Below, piece by piece: positions 48,785 to 62,100 of a stretch of DNA of 64,000 nt. A model generated the notes under the pieces. The model was given only the letters and a program-made list of their open reading frames with translations, was not told the DNA's origin and did no database searches. The DNA is taken from contig DF237101.1 of NCBI GenBank assembly GCA_000708835.1, positions 1 to 64,000 on the forward strand, read 5' to 3'. The DNA is from Klebsormidium nitens. Lineage: Eukaryota > Plantae > Klebsormidiophyceae. Position 1 is the first letter of the stretch, and each line of letters starts with the position of its first letter. The position numbers and the translations under genes were made by a program.

Positions 48785-49597
48785 TTTTACCATCTCACGC
48801 CCCGCAACTCAACTACTAGTAGGATACTCACAGACAAGATAGGACTTGGCTTCGTGAGAGTATATGCCGCATATGCGTTGGGTGTGCGAAATGCATGCAT
48901 GATGGAAGCAAGCAGCAGCGCTGAAGTTCTACTAGAACTTCTAGCACTTGGGAGAGATCCTATTTGCTGAAGTCATGCCTTTTACCGGAACTTTACACAG
49001 CTGTGCCAATCATAGCAAACGAAACTTGTCAATGAGCTATGGCGCAAGTTTGATAATGTTGGAAGTTTGCAATTGCGGTTGCAGAACTTCTTATTGGTTG
49101 TCGATGTATAAGAATACTTAGACGATTTTTGAACGGCTTGCAAAACGATTCATCCTAGTTGTGGATCATATTTGCACGCCGGCTGCATACCGTACCAGGT
49201 TCTCACAACCTGCCAGCAAGGCAAATGAACCTCGGACTAAAATTTGGGCCACTTGGAGGTCACCACGTCACTCCCCCTGTAAACCAACGAAGTGAAAGTA
49301 TGTAGAAGGTCGAACCTAGGGTCGAAAAGCGCTCTATTGACCCCGGGCACTCTTTTGGGACTTATCCAGACAGTCCATATACTGAGTCCCCCTTTACTCG
49401 GGAGTGTGCAGTGGTCAGGAAATCTGTTCTGTCCGCTGTCTGGTCGTTTGGACAGCGTGGGCAATAATTTTACGACCTCACAATTCAGCAGATTAGCAGC
49501 GGGCGCGAGACGTCAAACACCGCATGCCGCTGGGTTCGCAGTGGGCTGCAACTTGGTAGGGTCAGAGCAGAAACTCAATGCTGCTTGCTTGAGCAAC

Positions 49598-52500
49598 ATG
49601 GTGACCATTCGCCAGGCACTAGAGAGCGTCCTGGGTGCCACTTCGGCAGATGTGGGTTGCATCCTCTTGCACTTGGAAAAGGCAGGCTTCAGGAGCGATG
49701 AGGCTGCAGAGGGCGTTTTCAAGCATGTGAAAGCAGAAAACCTCCCACAACCTGCTGAAGCTGCGCCTCTTACTTTCAAGCAGAAACTGATTCTTGATGA
49801 GGCAGTCTCTTCTGCGACAGGTGGGTTTTCAGGATTAGGACGCGGCTCTTCAAAGTTTAGGATGTAGTTCCTTGGATGCTTGGGTGAGGATACGTGCACG
49901 CGCCACTTGGAACTTCAGGTAGCGCAAGCACACTTTAGCTGTCGGAGCAGCAGTCTTTCTCAAAAGTCAGATTTGTGCAATAGCATTGTGTGAATGACTG
50001 CTTTCTGCTTCATGGTGGACGCTGTGATTCACACCACCCCAGTCAGAGGTCTTTCATCCTTCAGAGAAACATCACTTGACAATCAAGGTGTGGAATAGCA
50101 TTCGTGCATGCTGCAATTGGCAGGGTGCCGGAGCTCTCTGGTTCATGGTAGACGCAGTGGTTCACACACCACCTCTCACACCACATCTCCAGGTGCCTGT
50201 TCAGAGTACTTCACTTTGCTTCCCGGGTTGTTTCACCTTCAGGCCGAATCGAGGTCACATGATTCCAGAGCTAGGTATTTGGTATGGAATTTGCTTGGCA
50301 GGAGCTTTTGTTACAGCAGCTGCTTGCTGCAAACCATCGCTTTTACAGGAATCACCTGCAGCTGCTGCGCTACACTCACAAACTTAAGCTATGTGACCAT
50401 CATACTATAGGGCATGTAACCTCTAGGAAGTCACCTGCTGAATCCTCTGGGGTTAAAAGCATCAAAGAATTTGGTTTATGGTAGACGCAGTGACTCACAC
50501 CCACCCCTCCATTGTGTTGGTTCCTGTTTGGAGCATGTCCTTCTGGTTCCCTGGTTTGGTTCGACCGTCAGGCTAGAATGACTTCACACGATCTTTGAGC
50601 TGGGTGTCTGTCATGTAACTTTCCTGGCCGCAGCCTTTTAAAACCAAGACTCATTCCCACGCCTAGGCCGTAAGTTGCTGTGCAATCAAAAGCAGCTGCA
50701 TGCTTTTCATGCAGAGTCCAGCAACAAACCACAAAGGAAGGTCAGTAGGACGGGTCTGCGCTCTAGACCCAGTGCAACCATGCCAGTCCAGGAGGTAGAC
50801 GAGAGGAAGTTGTGGGACCAGCACGTTGCAAGCAGACCAGTAAGTAGAGCTCCATGGCGCCCCTTCAGGAAGGAGCTGCAAGACGTGATGCTCTAATGTG
50901 CTCCTTTAGATCCTACAGATTGACAGTGCTTCATTCATTCTCGTCCTCTATGTAGCATGCACTGCTGCAGCAGCTTTTTGAGTTGTCTTTCACACTGCAG
51001 GTCAGAGCGCAGTGCCTTACATGGGATGCGGATGATCCTGCGACCACAAGCTGGCTGCCACTGGCTGACGACATTCTCGTGGAAGCCCGCTGGCTTCATC
51101 TGAGGCTCTTCGAGGGCCTGAATCGCGGCGACATTCAGGGGATCATCGAAGGAACTGGCTACGAACCAGTCTGGCATCCAGCCCTCCTCCGCTTTTTTCA
51201 GGTCAGCATCAGGCTTGCTTTCATGCATAAGCTGCGGTCTTCTCGGGTCGCGCAAAACCTGGAAATGCAAGCGAGATCCCGCTTGCTTCGTTCTTGCAAA
51301 ACCAGTCATCCCTTCCAACACGACACATGATTGGAGTTGGCATGCCTCTGAAATGATTTCATGCAAGCTCGTGGCAGAACTTGTTTTTCTAATGTCGCTT
51401 AGATGGACCTTGCTTTTGTCTAGATGGCCTGCAGGTCTATGCTGGCTTTCTTCCCAAGCGCGTACTCGAGGATAGACTACTTCAAAGCAAGAGACTGTCT
51501 GTCTTGGATCGTGATCAATTGCTCCTGGTTGTACTCAGGCCGCTGCAGGAGGGCAGCCTGGTGTCAAGTATGAGCGGGAGCTGGAGAGCCCCGGCGACTC
51601 CGCTCGAGAAGATATAAGGGGCTTGATAATGAGGCCAAGTGAAGGGCAGCCACCGCTAGCGCCTGGTGAATGTAAGACTGACTTCAAGCCGTCCACCTCT
51701 GATGCCATCTTCCACAACGGCCAACAGGATGGGATTGCTAAGGTAAGTCAGGCGACGAGACTGGTGACTGCTCTGCTTCTCACTGTCCCGTGCTCTTTGC
51801 TGCTCTGGACCGTGCTTGGGCGAAGGGCTTGAGGCAAGAATGGAGATTGGGCCTGCTCTTTTTGGGGAGGGAGGGCTGGGCAGGGAGCTCTCAACCTCCT
51901 TGCTTGACATCTCTGAAAAGCATGGCCCCAGCGCCAAAATCTGCATGTTGCAAGCGCGTGCACTCGCGATGCCTCACTTTGCGGACTAATAGTAAGTATG
52001 GAGTTGGCCTGGTTCCAGATTTCTGGCGTAGTATGTCAGCAGCTTGACAGGTTGGAAAATCTGTATCTGATATCTGGTATGTGTGAGTTTGTGGATCAGG
52101 AGTAATGAATTAACGGGGTGAACAAATAGCGGTCACTTTTCTGTTGTAGTAAGATGAAATCTCTCGCTTCGTTTCCTTTGAAGGGGTCGACCAGCTGTCC
52201 CTGTCCGTCTCGTTCCATTTAGATTGTCCAAGCATCAACGGAAGAGGTCATTCATGTTGATCCTGAGTGCTGCCAACTCCTCTATGCAGTTGTTCAAAGT
52301 GTGCTGGTCAAAGTACTGCGGGTACGGTCGCACGTTCATCTGCGCCTTCGCCGTGCTCTTCAAGGCCATCTGGATCGTCAGACTTCGCTTCGTGGGCACC
52401 CCGGACAAAGACCTGCCGACACCGTCCGCAGATTCGGATGAGTCTGTGCTGCTCGGATGTGACGTAGTCCCTCATTTCCCATCTTCCTTCGAAATTGACC

Positions 52501-53802
52501 AAAGCGACCCCTGCCTTCTCTGCCCCGACACACTCACTCTCCTCAAAACAGAGCCGTCCATCCACGACCTCTCAGAGCTTCTGCTAGAGAGTGGCTTTCG
52601 CAGGGGAAGCTTTCGTGCCACTCCTGGGTTTCACCTTCTCGTCCGGTCAGTTCTCGGGCAGTGCAAACTGTGGGGGCTGCAGGCGGTCGAAACGCTGGTG
52701 CTTAAGCTAGACACGGGAGCGAGCTGGGGGCTCAGGAAACCGGAGTGTGAGGTGGTGGCCATGGGGGCTCGGTCACTTGTCCTGCGGCGGCAAGCAGCGG
52801 ACAACTTTGTGATCAAGGTCGGAGCAAAGGAGACGATCGAGATGGAGGCCAAGATACACGACCGCGTGGACGGCAAGAGGTGCCCCCATATTCGGTCCTT
52901 GGAGCTAGATGAGCACGGGTGGGGTATGCGGGGCACAGTGCATGGAGCAGGTGAGCGCATCTGGGCTCTTCAGCAACCATATTTCCAAGCAGCTTGACAC
53001 CGAGTGCACTTGCAGCGAAGAACTTTCCTTATGTCTGGTTACTGAATGCCTTTGATTAGGCTTTCAGACCGCTCTGCAAATAAAGCTTGCATCTTTTTGC
53101 TGGGTCAGACTCCTAAACCTCCTGACTCAATGCAGGCGATGGTCTCGCTTTCATGTGCTTGGCGGAATTCTGCACCGGAAGCCTGGAACCACACCACGTT
53201 GCAAGTCCTGTGCGCTTCCAAGAGTTCTTCACCCAGGTTTGTGTCCAAATCCAGGGCTTAAGAAGCTCATTTAACAGTGTCAGGCTAATCCTCGAAATTA
53301 TCACGTCTGCAGCAGCGAATACGGTCAAGCATAACAATCTGAATCTTGTGCATGTTGAAGCGTGTATGCCCCCTATTCCGAATTTCCCGTGAAACCTGAA
53401 TCTGCATTGCTGCTCACACAGGCCCAACAGGCGCTGCACGTCCTTCATGAGAACGGCATTCTACATCGAGATCTGAAGGCGGACAACATGCTCCTGACGT
53501 CCAATGGGAAGCTCTTACTGAATGATTTCGACGTTTCCACGTTCAAGGACGATAAGAGGGGCCTGAAGGCCTTAGTTGGCAATGACTATTGTCGATCGCC
53601 TTTTTTTGAGCAGAACCACGTTTCAAACAAAACAGATTACACAATCCGGGATGATAGGATGGGGCTTGTTTTGGCTTTCCTGCAGCTGCGGGGGAGAACC
53701 GGGAGTAGTTTCAAAGACAAGTATGCGCTTCTAACGGCGGCTAAACGGGACAAAGACTGCCCGCCAGAAATGCAGCAATGGATCAAGGATGCAGGCTTGT
53801 AA
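49598..53802 (+). CDS. Protein kinase-like protein with helical N-terminal header and putative PD-(D/E)xK nuclease; Crinkler-like architecture (7 exons, about 631 aa)
   Basis: Exons 49598-49820, 50715-50839, 51001-51201, 51539-51742, 52290-52950, 53136-53236, 53422-53802; phases close. Kinase motifs MGARSLV...VIK, IEMEAK, LHRDLKADNMLL and NDFDVS (DFD instead of DFG). The central EDIRGL...PGECK resembles a restriction-endonuclease-like motif; that part is inference. Confidence 0.78.
50005..50640. repeat. Degenerate intronic tandem duplication (3 anchor copies)
   Basis: TTCATGGTGGACGCTGTGATTCACACC (about 50008), TTCATGGTAGACGCAGTGGTTCACACACC (about 50142) and TTTATGGTAGACGCAGTGACTCACACCC (about 50475). 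The sequence following the last two is also similar. Confidence 0.75.
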
Positions 53803-56158
53803 CTACTTCGATGAGGATGACTTTGGGTAACTTTGCATGAATTCACAGCAAAGGCCCGGTGAGTCATCAGTCTTTCGCAGGGAGGATATTAGAATATCCT
53901 TCAATCATACAGGAATAGAGGATCTAGAGGACGAGGATAATACGCTTTCAAGACATTCTGTCGGATGATTCTGGAGATTTCAAGGCAGAAAATTTTGTCA
54001 CTTTGTCACTTTGCATGAAATCTGCCAATTCAGTTGTAGACAATGTAGAATTGTACGTGGATCGTACATGACCAATCTGCATATGCTTGAAAGCCTATAG
54101 CATGACACCATTCATTAGTGCCTTCATAATTTCATGCAAGGGCGCTGCTGATCGCGTACAGAATACTTGTACGTGGCCATTGGGCAGATTAGCATACATG
54201 AATGATGGCGCGCGACTAACTATTCGCAACCGAGGCCAATAAATATTCTAACGTACTCTTGACCACGGGAATTTATGGTGCGACTTGCGGAGCTCGGTTC
54301 GACCGTACAGTTGCGCATAATATCAGCAAACCAAGTGAAGTTCGGACTAAAGTTCTGGCCAATCAGGGTGGGGCTTCTCAGCCCCCCCTCTAGCCCAAGG
54401 GGCTGCAATCAAGCGGACCGGTCGAAGGGCCTCTCCCCAGGGGCATAAGGCGGTCGACGCCAACCGGGGGGCGGCCGTTACCGCGCTCGCTCCAATCCGA
54501 TCAGCACGGTAATGATTTCGCCCTGAGAGCACACTAGCTAGTTACTGTCCGAGTGTCCAAGCTTCAGGCACAGCGGTCAGTCACACTAGGACTCGGACGT
54601 CAGCAGCGCCGTATACTACAATATTGCCAGCATTTTACATGGTATGGCCGGTATACCTCGAGCCTTCCAGAAGGCATGCGAAGGTCTGCCAGCTGTCCAG
54701 AAATCCAGCACATCCAGCGGAATATAACAGTCAGCAGCCTGGAATATCCGGACCGGACTTGCTGGGACCCAAGTCATACCGAGGTAGAGTCAGGACTCCT
54801 GCATGCTGCTCAGCAGACGCCAATGCGGAATGTACACAGGCTGAGCCTCGGGCGCCCCTCTCCTTGCTGCTTGTGGTCAGATGTTCAGGTGTGCTTGTAG
54901 CGCCATGGAGCTGATGCGCTGCTGCTGCCTGTTGTACAGCTGACATTGGGGCTAGTTTGCGCTTACTTAGTATAGGGAATGACTCGGTTCAGCCTGGTGG
55001 CGCAACTTGGTAGGAACTCGGACCAGAGCAGGGCAGGCTTTTGCCCTCAAGTTTCGAAGTGATCAAGACTATTGGGCAACAAGAGACCGTGTTTGGCTGC
55101 TCAGTGCAACGAAGAAGAGTGCATCAGGTACGCATCTGAAAAGACAATGAATCTGATGAAGCTCTAATATATGTTTCACCATCCAGTGAACGTATTCTTC
55201 TGATGCTGCTTCTGATCGTGAGGTCGACGAAGAGCTGCAAGTGAGAAGAGGTTCGACAGAGCTGCTATTGGCATGCATATAATACGAGGTTGCGCCTCTT
55301 CAACCTGGTGCAAGTGAGCCAAGACCAGGGGGTTGTACTATGGGATTCGTTAGAGTTCTCAGCAACCTGGCCGGGTCGATCGTGTTAAAAAAAGAGGCTA
55401 ACCTGTGACAGAAAGCAGAGGGGGGTCAGCTGCTCAACACATAAAAAAAAGCAGCTGCTGATTGGTTCTTTCCACAGAATCGTTCAAAAACTTATCAGCA
55501 ATCAGGTTTTAAAGAGTGGCTGTATGTCACGATTCTTCTCGGCCCAAGGCCAACTCGCCATCTGGACCCGAACTGCTTCATTCAGGCCGGTCTAGATCAG
55601 TTTCTCGAAGGTGAGCCAACCTCCCGCAATGGTGAGGAATGTCAGCCCTGCCTTGATGCGATGGGTAGCAGAAGCGACGGAATCTTTAGGCTTCTGCTAT
55701 CCTTCGCATCAGGGCCAGATTGTAATTTCAAAAATGCAGAAACAGGGGCGAAAAACCATTTGTTTCTATGGTAAGCTGCCGCGGGGGCCCCTCCGGGAGG
55801 CTGCTGCCTCGAGGCCTCCCTTCTCTCTACTTCAACTCTGTCTTTTGCTACATCAATGAGCGCTGTACACATGAAGATGCGCTTCATTAAGGTTAATTAC
55901 CTATCTACCCGAGTCAGCTGATGGCTGCTGACGCCTGTGCACAACGGTGCTTGTTTGCAGGCGTCAGTGATTGATGCACACTGTGAGTGTCTGCCAGCAA
56001 CGCCCGCAGTATCACAAGCAAACTGCAATGAAAAGCATTTTAAACTTACGGACCCAAGGGCGGCCATAGGCGTCAGTGTGTTTTGGGCTGCCCTCATGAT
56101 CTGGAAGTATCAGCGCAATACGAAAGGGGTCTCTCTCACAGTATTGTATCTTTTGCAG

Positions 56159-59100
56159 GCCATGGTGGGTGGGGATGGTCCAGCATCAGTTGGGGCTCCA
56201 GCTGACCCTCCCCTCTCAACTGGCCCGCCCCTTACAGCCAACCCGCACCTTGCGCCGATCAGCAACGGCGAGTCAAGCACACTGGCAGGTTCGAGAAGCG
56301 CGCAGTCGCTCGATGGCGCACAGGAAGGCTTCGCAGAAAAGGTACATGCCTCGAGCAGACCACAAATAATCAGCGTGGCATGCTCACAGAGTGCCTTGCC
56401 ATCGGCTTTGTTGGGTGAATCCGTGAGCAATTGGGCAAGGTGCGCATAGGGTTCAGACTCCTTTCAGCAGAAACAAGAAAGCGCCTTACTTGAGCGCCTC
56501 CTGGTCCTGCGTCGCTGTGCCTGATTCTCATAAGCTGTGCCCGCACTGAGGTGTGCCAGCACCGCTCACAGGCAAACGAGGTGTATCAGCCAACGAGCCC
56601 TAGATACTACAGCATGCGCACACCAGAGGAGATCAAGGCCACGCGAGCGGCGAGCGAGAAGCGGCGCCGCACCGGGGAACCCTTTCTGGAGGGCTTTTTC
56701 GAAGCTGGGCACCCAAGGGCACCCAAGAACGAGGTAGGAGTCAATGCTTGGAAAACAATCCTCTTGCACAGAAAGTGTGCCTTCTGAATAGTCGAGCCGA
56801 TCTTATGTGAAAAATGCTACACGCTGCACTTGTCAGTGCAGACGGCTGTCCAAGGTGTCCAAGCTCTTTTGGAAACTCTTCTGGTGTTCAATCCTGATGA
56901 CGCCAGCACCCGGCCATCCCACCCAGAATGCTTGCTGTAGTTGATCGCACAGACACCTGTCCAAGTGTCCGAGCTTTTNNNNNNNNNNNNNNNNNNNNNN
57001 NNNNNNNNNNNNNNNNNNNNNNNNNNNNNNNNNNNNNNNNNNNNNNNNNNNNNNNNNNNNNNNNNNNNAATTGATGGCGCAGACTCTGTCCGAGTGTCCG
57101 AGCTTTTGCGATGACTTTTCAGAGAGGTCGGTCCTGGTGACGTCAGCACTTATCAAAAACACCTAGAATGATTGCTATAGTTGACGGCACAAATCCTCCT
57201 TTAGGTTTAAACCAAAGTTGTATTGTCGTACAGGATGGCCGCCCGACCGAACCAGGCGGAAGCGCCCGTGCACTTCATCCAGAGGCGCCCTCTAGAAGCA
57301 CCCTTGTTGCGCGTACCAACCGCGCTGGCTCAACGGGTGTGGACAACCAGGCGCCTGCTTCCATCCCTGTTCTGCATGGCCTCTTTGACCCCAGCTACTT
57401 CCACGATTTTCAACGCAGGCTGAGAGAGGAAGTGGCAGCTTCGCAGGAGCTCGAAGCAGCCACCACCGACTCACAGGTTAGTGTTAAGATTGTTTAAACT
57501 TTATCGAACCCAACCACTGATTCTTGAGGCGCGCCTCAAGAATCATGCCGGTGTACCGGGGACAACTAGTGCTCTTGTGTTAACAGCTCGGCTTGTCATG
57601 ATAGATGCTGACGTCACGAATGAGGCCCGAGCCCAGAAGGTAGGTCACAAACTCGGACACTCGGACAGGGGTGCTCACCGGCCCACCGGCCAGTATTGAG
57701 GGCTGTTCTTGTGACCTTTCGCCTGGACTTTCGCCTATACGGCGGACTTCTGATACCTTCCGCTTTACGTGCAGGACAACGGCGACCCAGAGGGCAGGCC
57801 CCCGGGCCTTATAACGAAGATGACGAGCACCCCCTCCGGCCAGGGGGGCGCTGGCGCTCCTGGTGAATCCATGGACGTTGACAGTCGGCCACAGCCGTCC
57901 AGCGCCCATTGCAGCCAGGTGCGTCTCAAGTGCGAGTGCATGCGAACGCTGAAGAGAACCAAGCAAGCAGACCCATTCGCACACGCCCCCAGTTCCTTGC
58001 TTTTTGGGCAGTGCCGTAGACCGTCGCTTGGTTGTTGAAGAACCTCCCCGGCTGCCCAGAGATTTGTCCAAAGGTCCAAGATTCGGTCCGGCTGTCCTGA
58101 TCTCATCCCGGCTGAGGCTGCCCAACCTTCTTTGAGTTTTCAGAAACATGCCCAGGTCCCTGTCTGGCTGCCATAAACCCTCGCGTGTCTGCAAGTGTCT
58201 GACTCTCTCGAGTTCCGTCCGGATGCCGCCCAACAAATCTCTCCGGCTGTTCGAGATCATTCTCTGCTGACCGGAAAATTCGCCAGTCAATCTGCCGTTC
58301 CAAGAAACGAATGGTCATGTTACAGTCCCTTGCTAATCTCAAGTTTGAGTCTGATCTTTCTTCGCTTGAGGCTTCCGAATGAAACCAGCGTTCTACATCC
58401 GTCAAAGTACTGGAAGTTTCTGGTATCGGCTCGAGAGCTGTCTAGGATTCATCTGGTGCATACTCACGGTGTTCTTGAAACACCCTACGTATGCACCACA
58501 TAACTTGAGGAATCGAAGACCGTTCAGCTCTGCCGACGTCATTCCGGAGCTTCGCTCTCAGAAGGTGTGACAAGAACTCGGACACTTGGACGAATGTTGC
58601 CCCTGTTAACTTCAAAGTTTCTACCTTAGGATGTCTGCTGACGTCACTTAACAGGCCCGAGCTAAAAAGGCATGCTACAAAGTCGGACACTCAGACAGGC
58701 ATTGCTCCCATCACCATCAATCACAGAAGGATTCCACTCGGGTTGTCTGCTGACGTCACTTAACAGGCCTGAGCCCAAAAGGTTGGTCACAAACTCGGAC
58801 ACTCAGACAGGGGTGTTGGCATTGTCTCAACCCATCGCGCTGGCCATCTTGAGGTGATGGTTGCTGACGTCACGAAGCAGGCTCGAGCTCAAAAAGCATG
58901 TCACAAACTCGGACACTCGGACAGCGGTCTCTCAACAGCTGCAACGCTAGTCTTAGCCTCACATTGATTCATTAATTCTTCTTATGTCAAGCGGCACGCA
59001 TGGTTGTGCAGGCAAGCAGTGGCAGCAACCAGCAGCCGCCGCGCGCCTTCAGTGGAGAGGAGTCGCAGAAAACGGAGTCAGAAGGGGAGGGCGAGGACGT

Positions 59101-62100
59101 TGAGGGGGCGGGGTTTGAGAGCGTGCACGAATCCTCAGACGAAGAGACGTCCCAGGATCGTGCAATGATCGACGACGCGCCTCAGGAAGAGGAGAACGAA
59201 GTGGTGCAGTACGGCCGGATGATTGCGGCGATGGAGACAGATTCGGACGCAGAGGGCTTCTCCCAGGTGCTGGCGAAGCTCAAGCGCCGCGCGCCGAATG
59301 TGGAGACCAACCCGGCCCCAAGCAACCGCCGGCGCCGCGTGCTGCTCTCACCCTCCGACTCCTCGAGCGAGGATGAGGGCAGCTCGTCCCCTGTTCGCAG
59401 CCAGGCCCCGAGCGCCAAGCACCCCCCCTTGCCGGAGGAAGGGGAAGCGCTTGGGGCGGACTGCCCGATGCCGGACGACCCCTTGTGGGAGCCCGAGGAT
59501 GACGCCTGGTTGTACGACCTTTCGCCAGAGGACCTTGCCTGGTCGGACTATGTCGCGGACTTCGTCGACCTGAGCTTGGAGGACGACTTCGCCCAAGCGT
59601 GCGAGATCGTTCCACATTCGCGCGGAGGCAGCAGCCAGGTGAGCACCCTCCACCCCTCCCACGCGCTTCTTTTTGGGATAGGAAATTGGGGTTCAGCTTG
59701 TGTCGGCACTCAGCTGATTGCATCAAGGCCTTATTGCGTGCCCGGAAGAAGTGAGCGTGCAATTGCAACCAATAGTGCAGAAGACATAGGAATCTTTTGA
59801 GGAATTCCTGTACATCGCCGTTCAAATCCCCGACTTTGACAGGTAATGTTCGTGTACATTGCCGTTCATTTAATGTACATAGCCATTCCACCCCCAAGTT
59901 GAGAGCTCTTGTACACGAAAACCCAAGCGCATCCTATGCTTTGAAGCGACCAGATTATCGGACAGCTCTGGGCGGAGATTGCTCAAACAAACTTCCCCTT
60001 TTTGCTCAGCGGCCGGTGCACATAACTTCCCCTTTGAGGAATGCCCGCTGATGTACTCGAATCTCTGAAGCACATCTGAAGACTAGGAGGCATTCAGCGA
60101 ATTAGTGAAGACTTCATCTGATTGTGTACAGAATATTGGCATGGAACTTTTGGCCCCCCTTTTGTTGTTTGCAGTGCTTCTAGGGTGCCGAAAAGAGTGG
60201 TCTAAGTCTCTATTCCGCACTTCCTCGCAGGCCACAGCTGCCAAGGGTGCTCCGATCGCCCTCGATGCAGCCGAGCCATCCTCGCTGAGCAATTGGCTCA
60301 CTTCGCCCTCCGTCCCCGTCCCCGTCCCGAGCGCCGCGGCTGCCCAGAGCGCCATCGGGGCGGCCCAACAGGAGCAGACCCTACCTGCTGCGGCCCAGAG
60401 CTCAGGGGGCGCAACCAACGCCACCCAACCGCCCCCTGCTCCCCGCCTCGTACCCGAAGGCGTTGCAGTGCAGGAAACGATGCCCTTCCCCCAGGTAGGG
60501 TTCGTGCAAATTGTGATCACCCCCTTTCTTCGCTTGGTAAGCGGTCGGCTCAAAATGAAAGTCGCGTTGCTTGTTGACGTCATCACGGCATTTTGAGGTT
60601 GATGCCGCGTGCCTCACACATCGTAACCGATGGTGACTTTCTGCATCGCTTTGAAGCAACGGCCATGTGATGCTCTCTCACGATATTGGCTCATTCGATG
60701 GGTGCTCACTTCTCGCAGGTACCCAGCCTAGCTGACGTGGGGGGGGCGTCACGAGTCGACCCCATCGTGGCCGCCGCTCATCACTTGCACACGCATGGTG
60801 TGGCGGCGCTGACGTTCAACATGAAAGTCTCGCTGAACGACAAGGGAGAGGAGAAGAAAGCGCCGGCTGGCCTCATGCCAGAGTGGCAGAAGAAGTGCGA
60901 TCTCGGCAACTGTTTGCGCCAAGGAGTCCGGCCTGGCAGAGCCTGCCTTGCGATCGTGACCGAACCCTCGGACCTCATCGTCCTCGACGTCGATACGAAG
61001 GACGAAGGGGTGGAGACCTTCGAGGAAGTGCTAGCAGAACACGGCCCCTTGCCTGACGATACCCCTTGGGAGTGGTCCGGAACGAGGCCTGGGATGCACT
61101 TCTTCTTCTCCCTCTCGCAGTCCAAGGCCGCCGGGTTGCTGAGCGGCGCCAACAGGACTAAGCTGACGTACAAGGGCCAAAAAGTGGGGCTTGACACGCG
61201 CGGCGAGGGGGGGATGGTCTTCGTGGGCCCCAGCAGCTACAAGAGCCTGGATGGCACAGTGCGCTCGTATGAGTGGGTGCAGGAGATCGCCCAAGACCGC
61301 TCCAACCTCCGAGCTATGCCCGGGTGGTTGATCGGAATCCTCAACGACAGCAGCGCGCCCTCAGCAGCACCAGGGTTCATGCTCACTCCCAACACTGATC
61401 CTTTTCCGCCCAAAATGCATCGCCCAAAGCTCGCTCTGCTTCTTCACCCCACCGACCTTAATTGCCATTCGTCATTTTGTGATTTCCGAGAGCTTGTTCG
61501 TGGGTTGACAACACGAAGTTTGTTCGTGCATCCGTTTTTGCCGTTTACTTCCTTTCAATTGAGTTGACATCTCCAACATGAGCCTTTGTAGGTGATGAGG
61601 TGACCCTGTCCGAGTGTCTGAGTTTTCGTCACACCTTCCAAGAGCGGAAGTTCTGATGACGTCAGCAGCCATCCCCGATAGGATCCTCCGTAGTTGATGG
61701 AGCGGACTCTGTGCGAGTGTCTGAGTTTTGGCACACCTTCCGACAGCAAAGCTTCTGGACGACGTCAGCATTCTGCGCTTCAGCGGAATGCCGCTATGAT
61801 GGTGTGCAGACAGTGAACACCCGCCATTATGCCTTCCTTCAACAGTGGCTTCTCTATTACCGAAGGCCCAAAGCGTCGCACCCTAACGTCCATTGCAATC
61901 CTTTTTTGCAGGGCAGCGCCATTGGCCCCCGCTCGCTTCGCTGAGGGCCTCAATGCCGACGGAGTCGAGTTGCCCCCTCCGCCGGCGGTCCTGGAGCGCA
62001 TCAAGAAATGCCTTGCAGACGTAGGAGACACCTCTTCGCGCTTCGACAAGCTCAAGAGGTTCCCTGGGGGGCCGGACCTGTACGCCTATCGCGTTAGCGG

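Noticed and set aside
49263-49270. CCACGTCA as an unfolded-protein-response element
   Set aside because: A single 8-mer is expected by chance and there is no supporting context.
58531-58923. Regularly spaced repeats with variable spacers resembling a CRISPR array
   Set aside because: Units are degenerate, bipartite, in both orientations and inside eukaryotic introns; spacers are related to one another and no cas genes are present.
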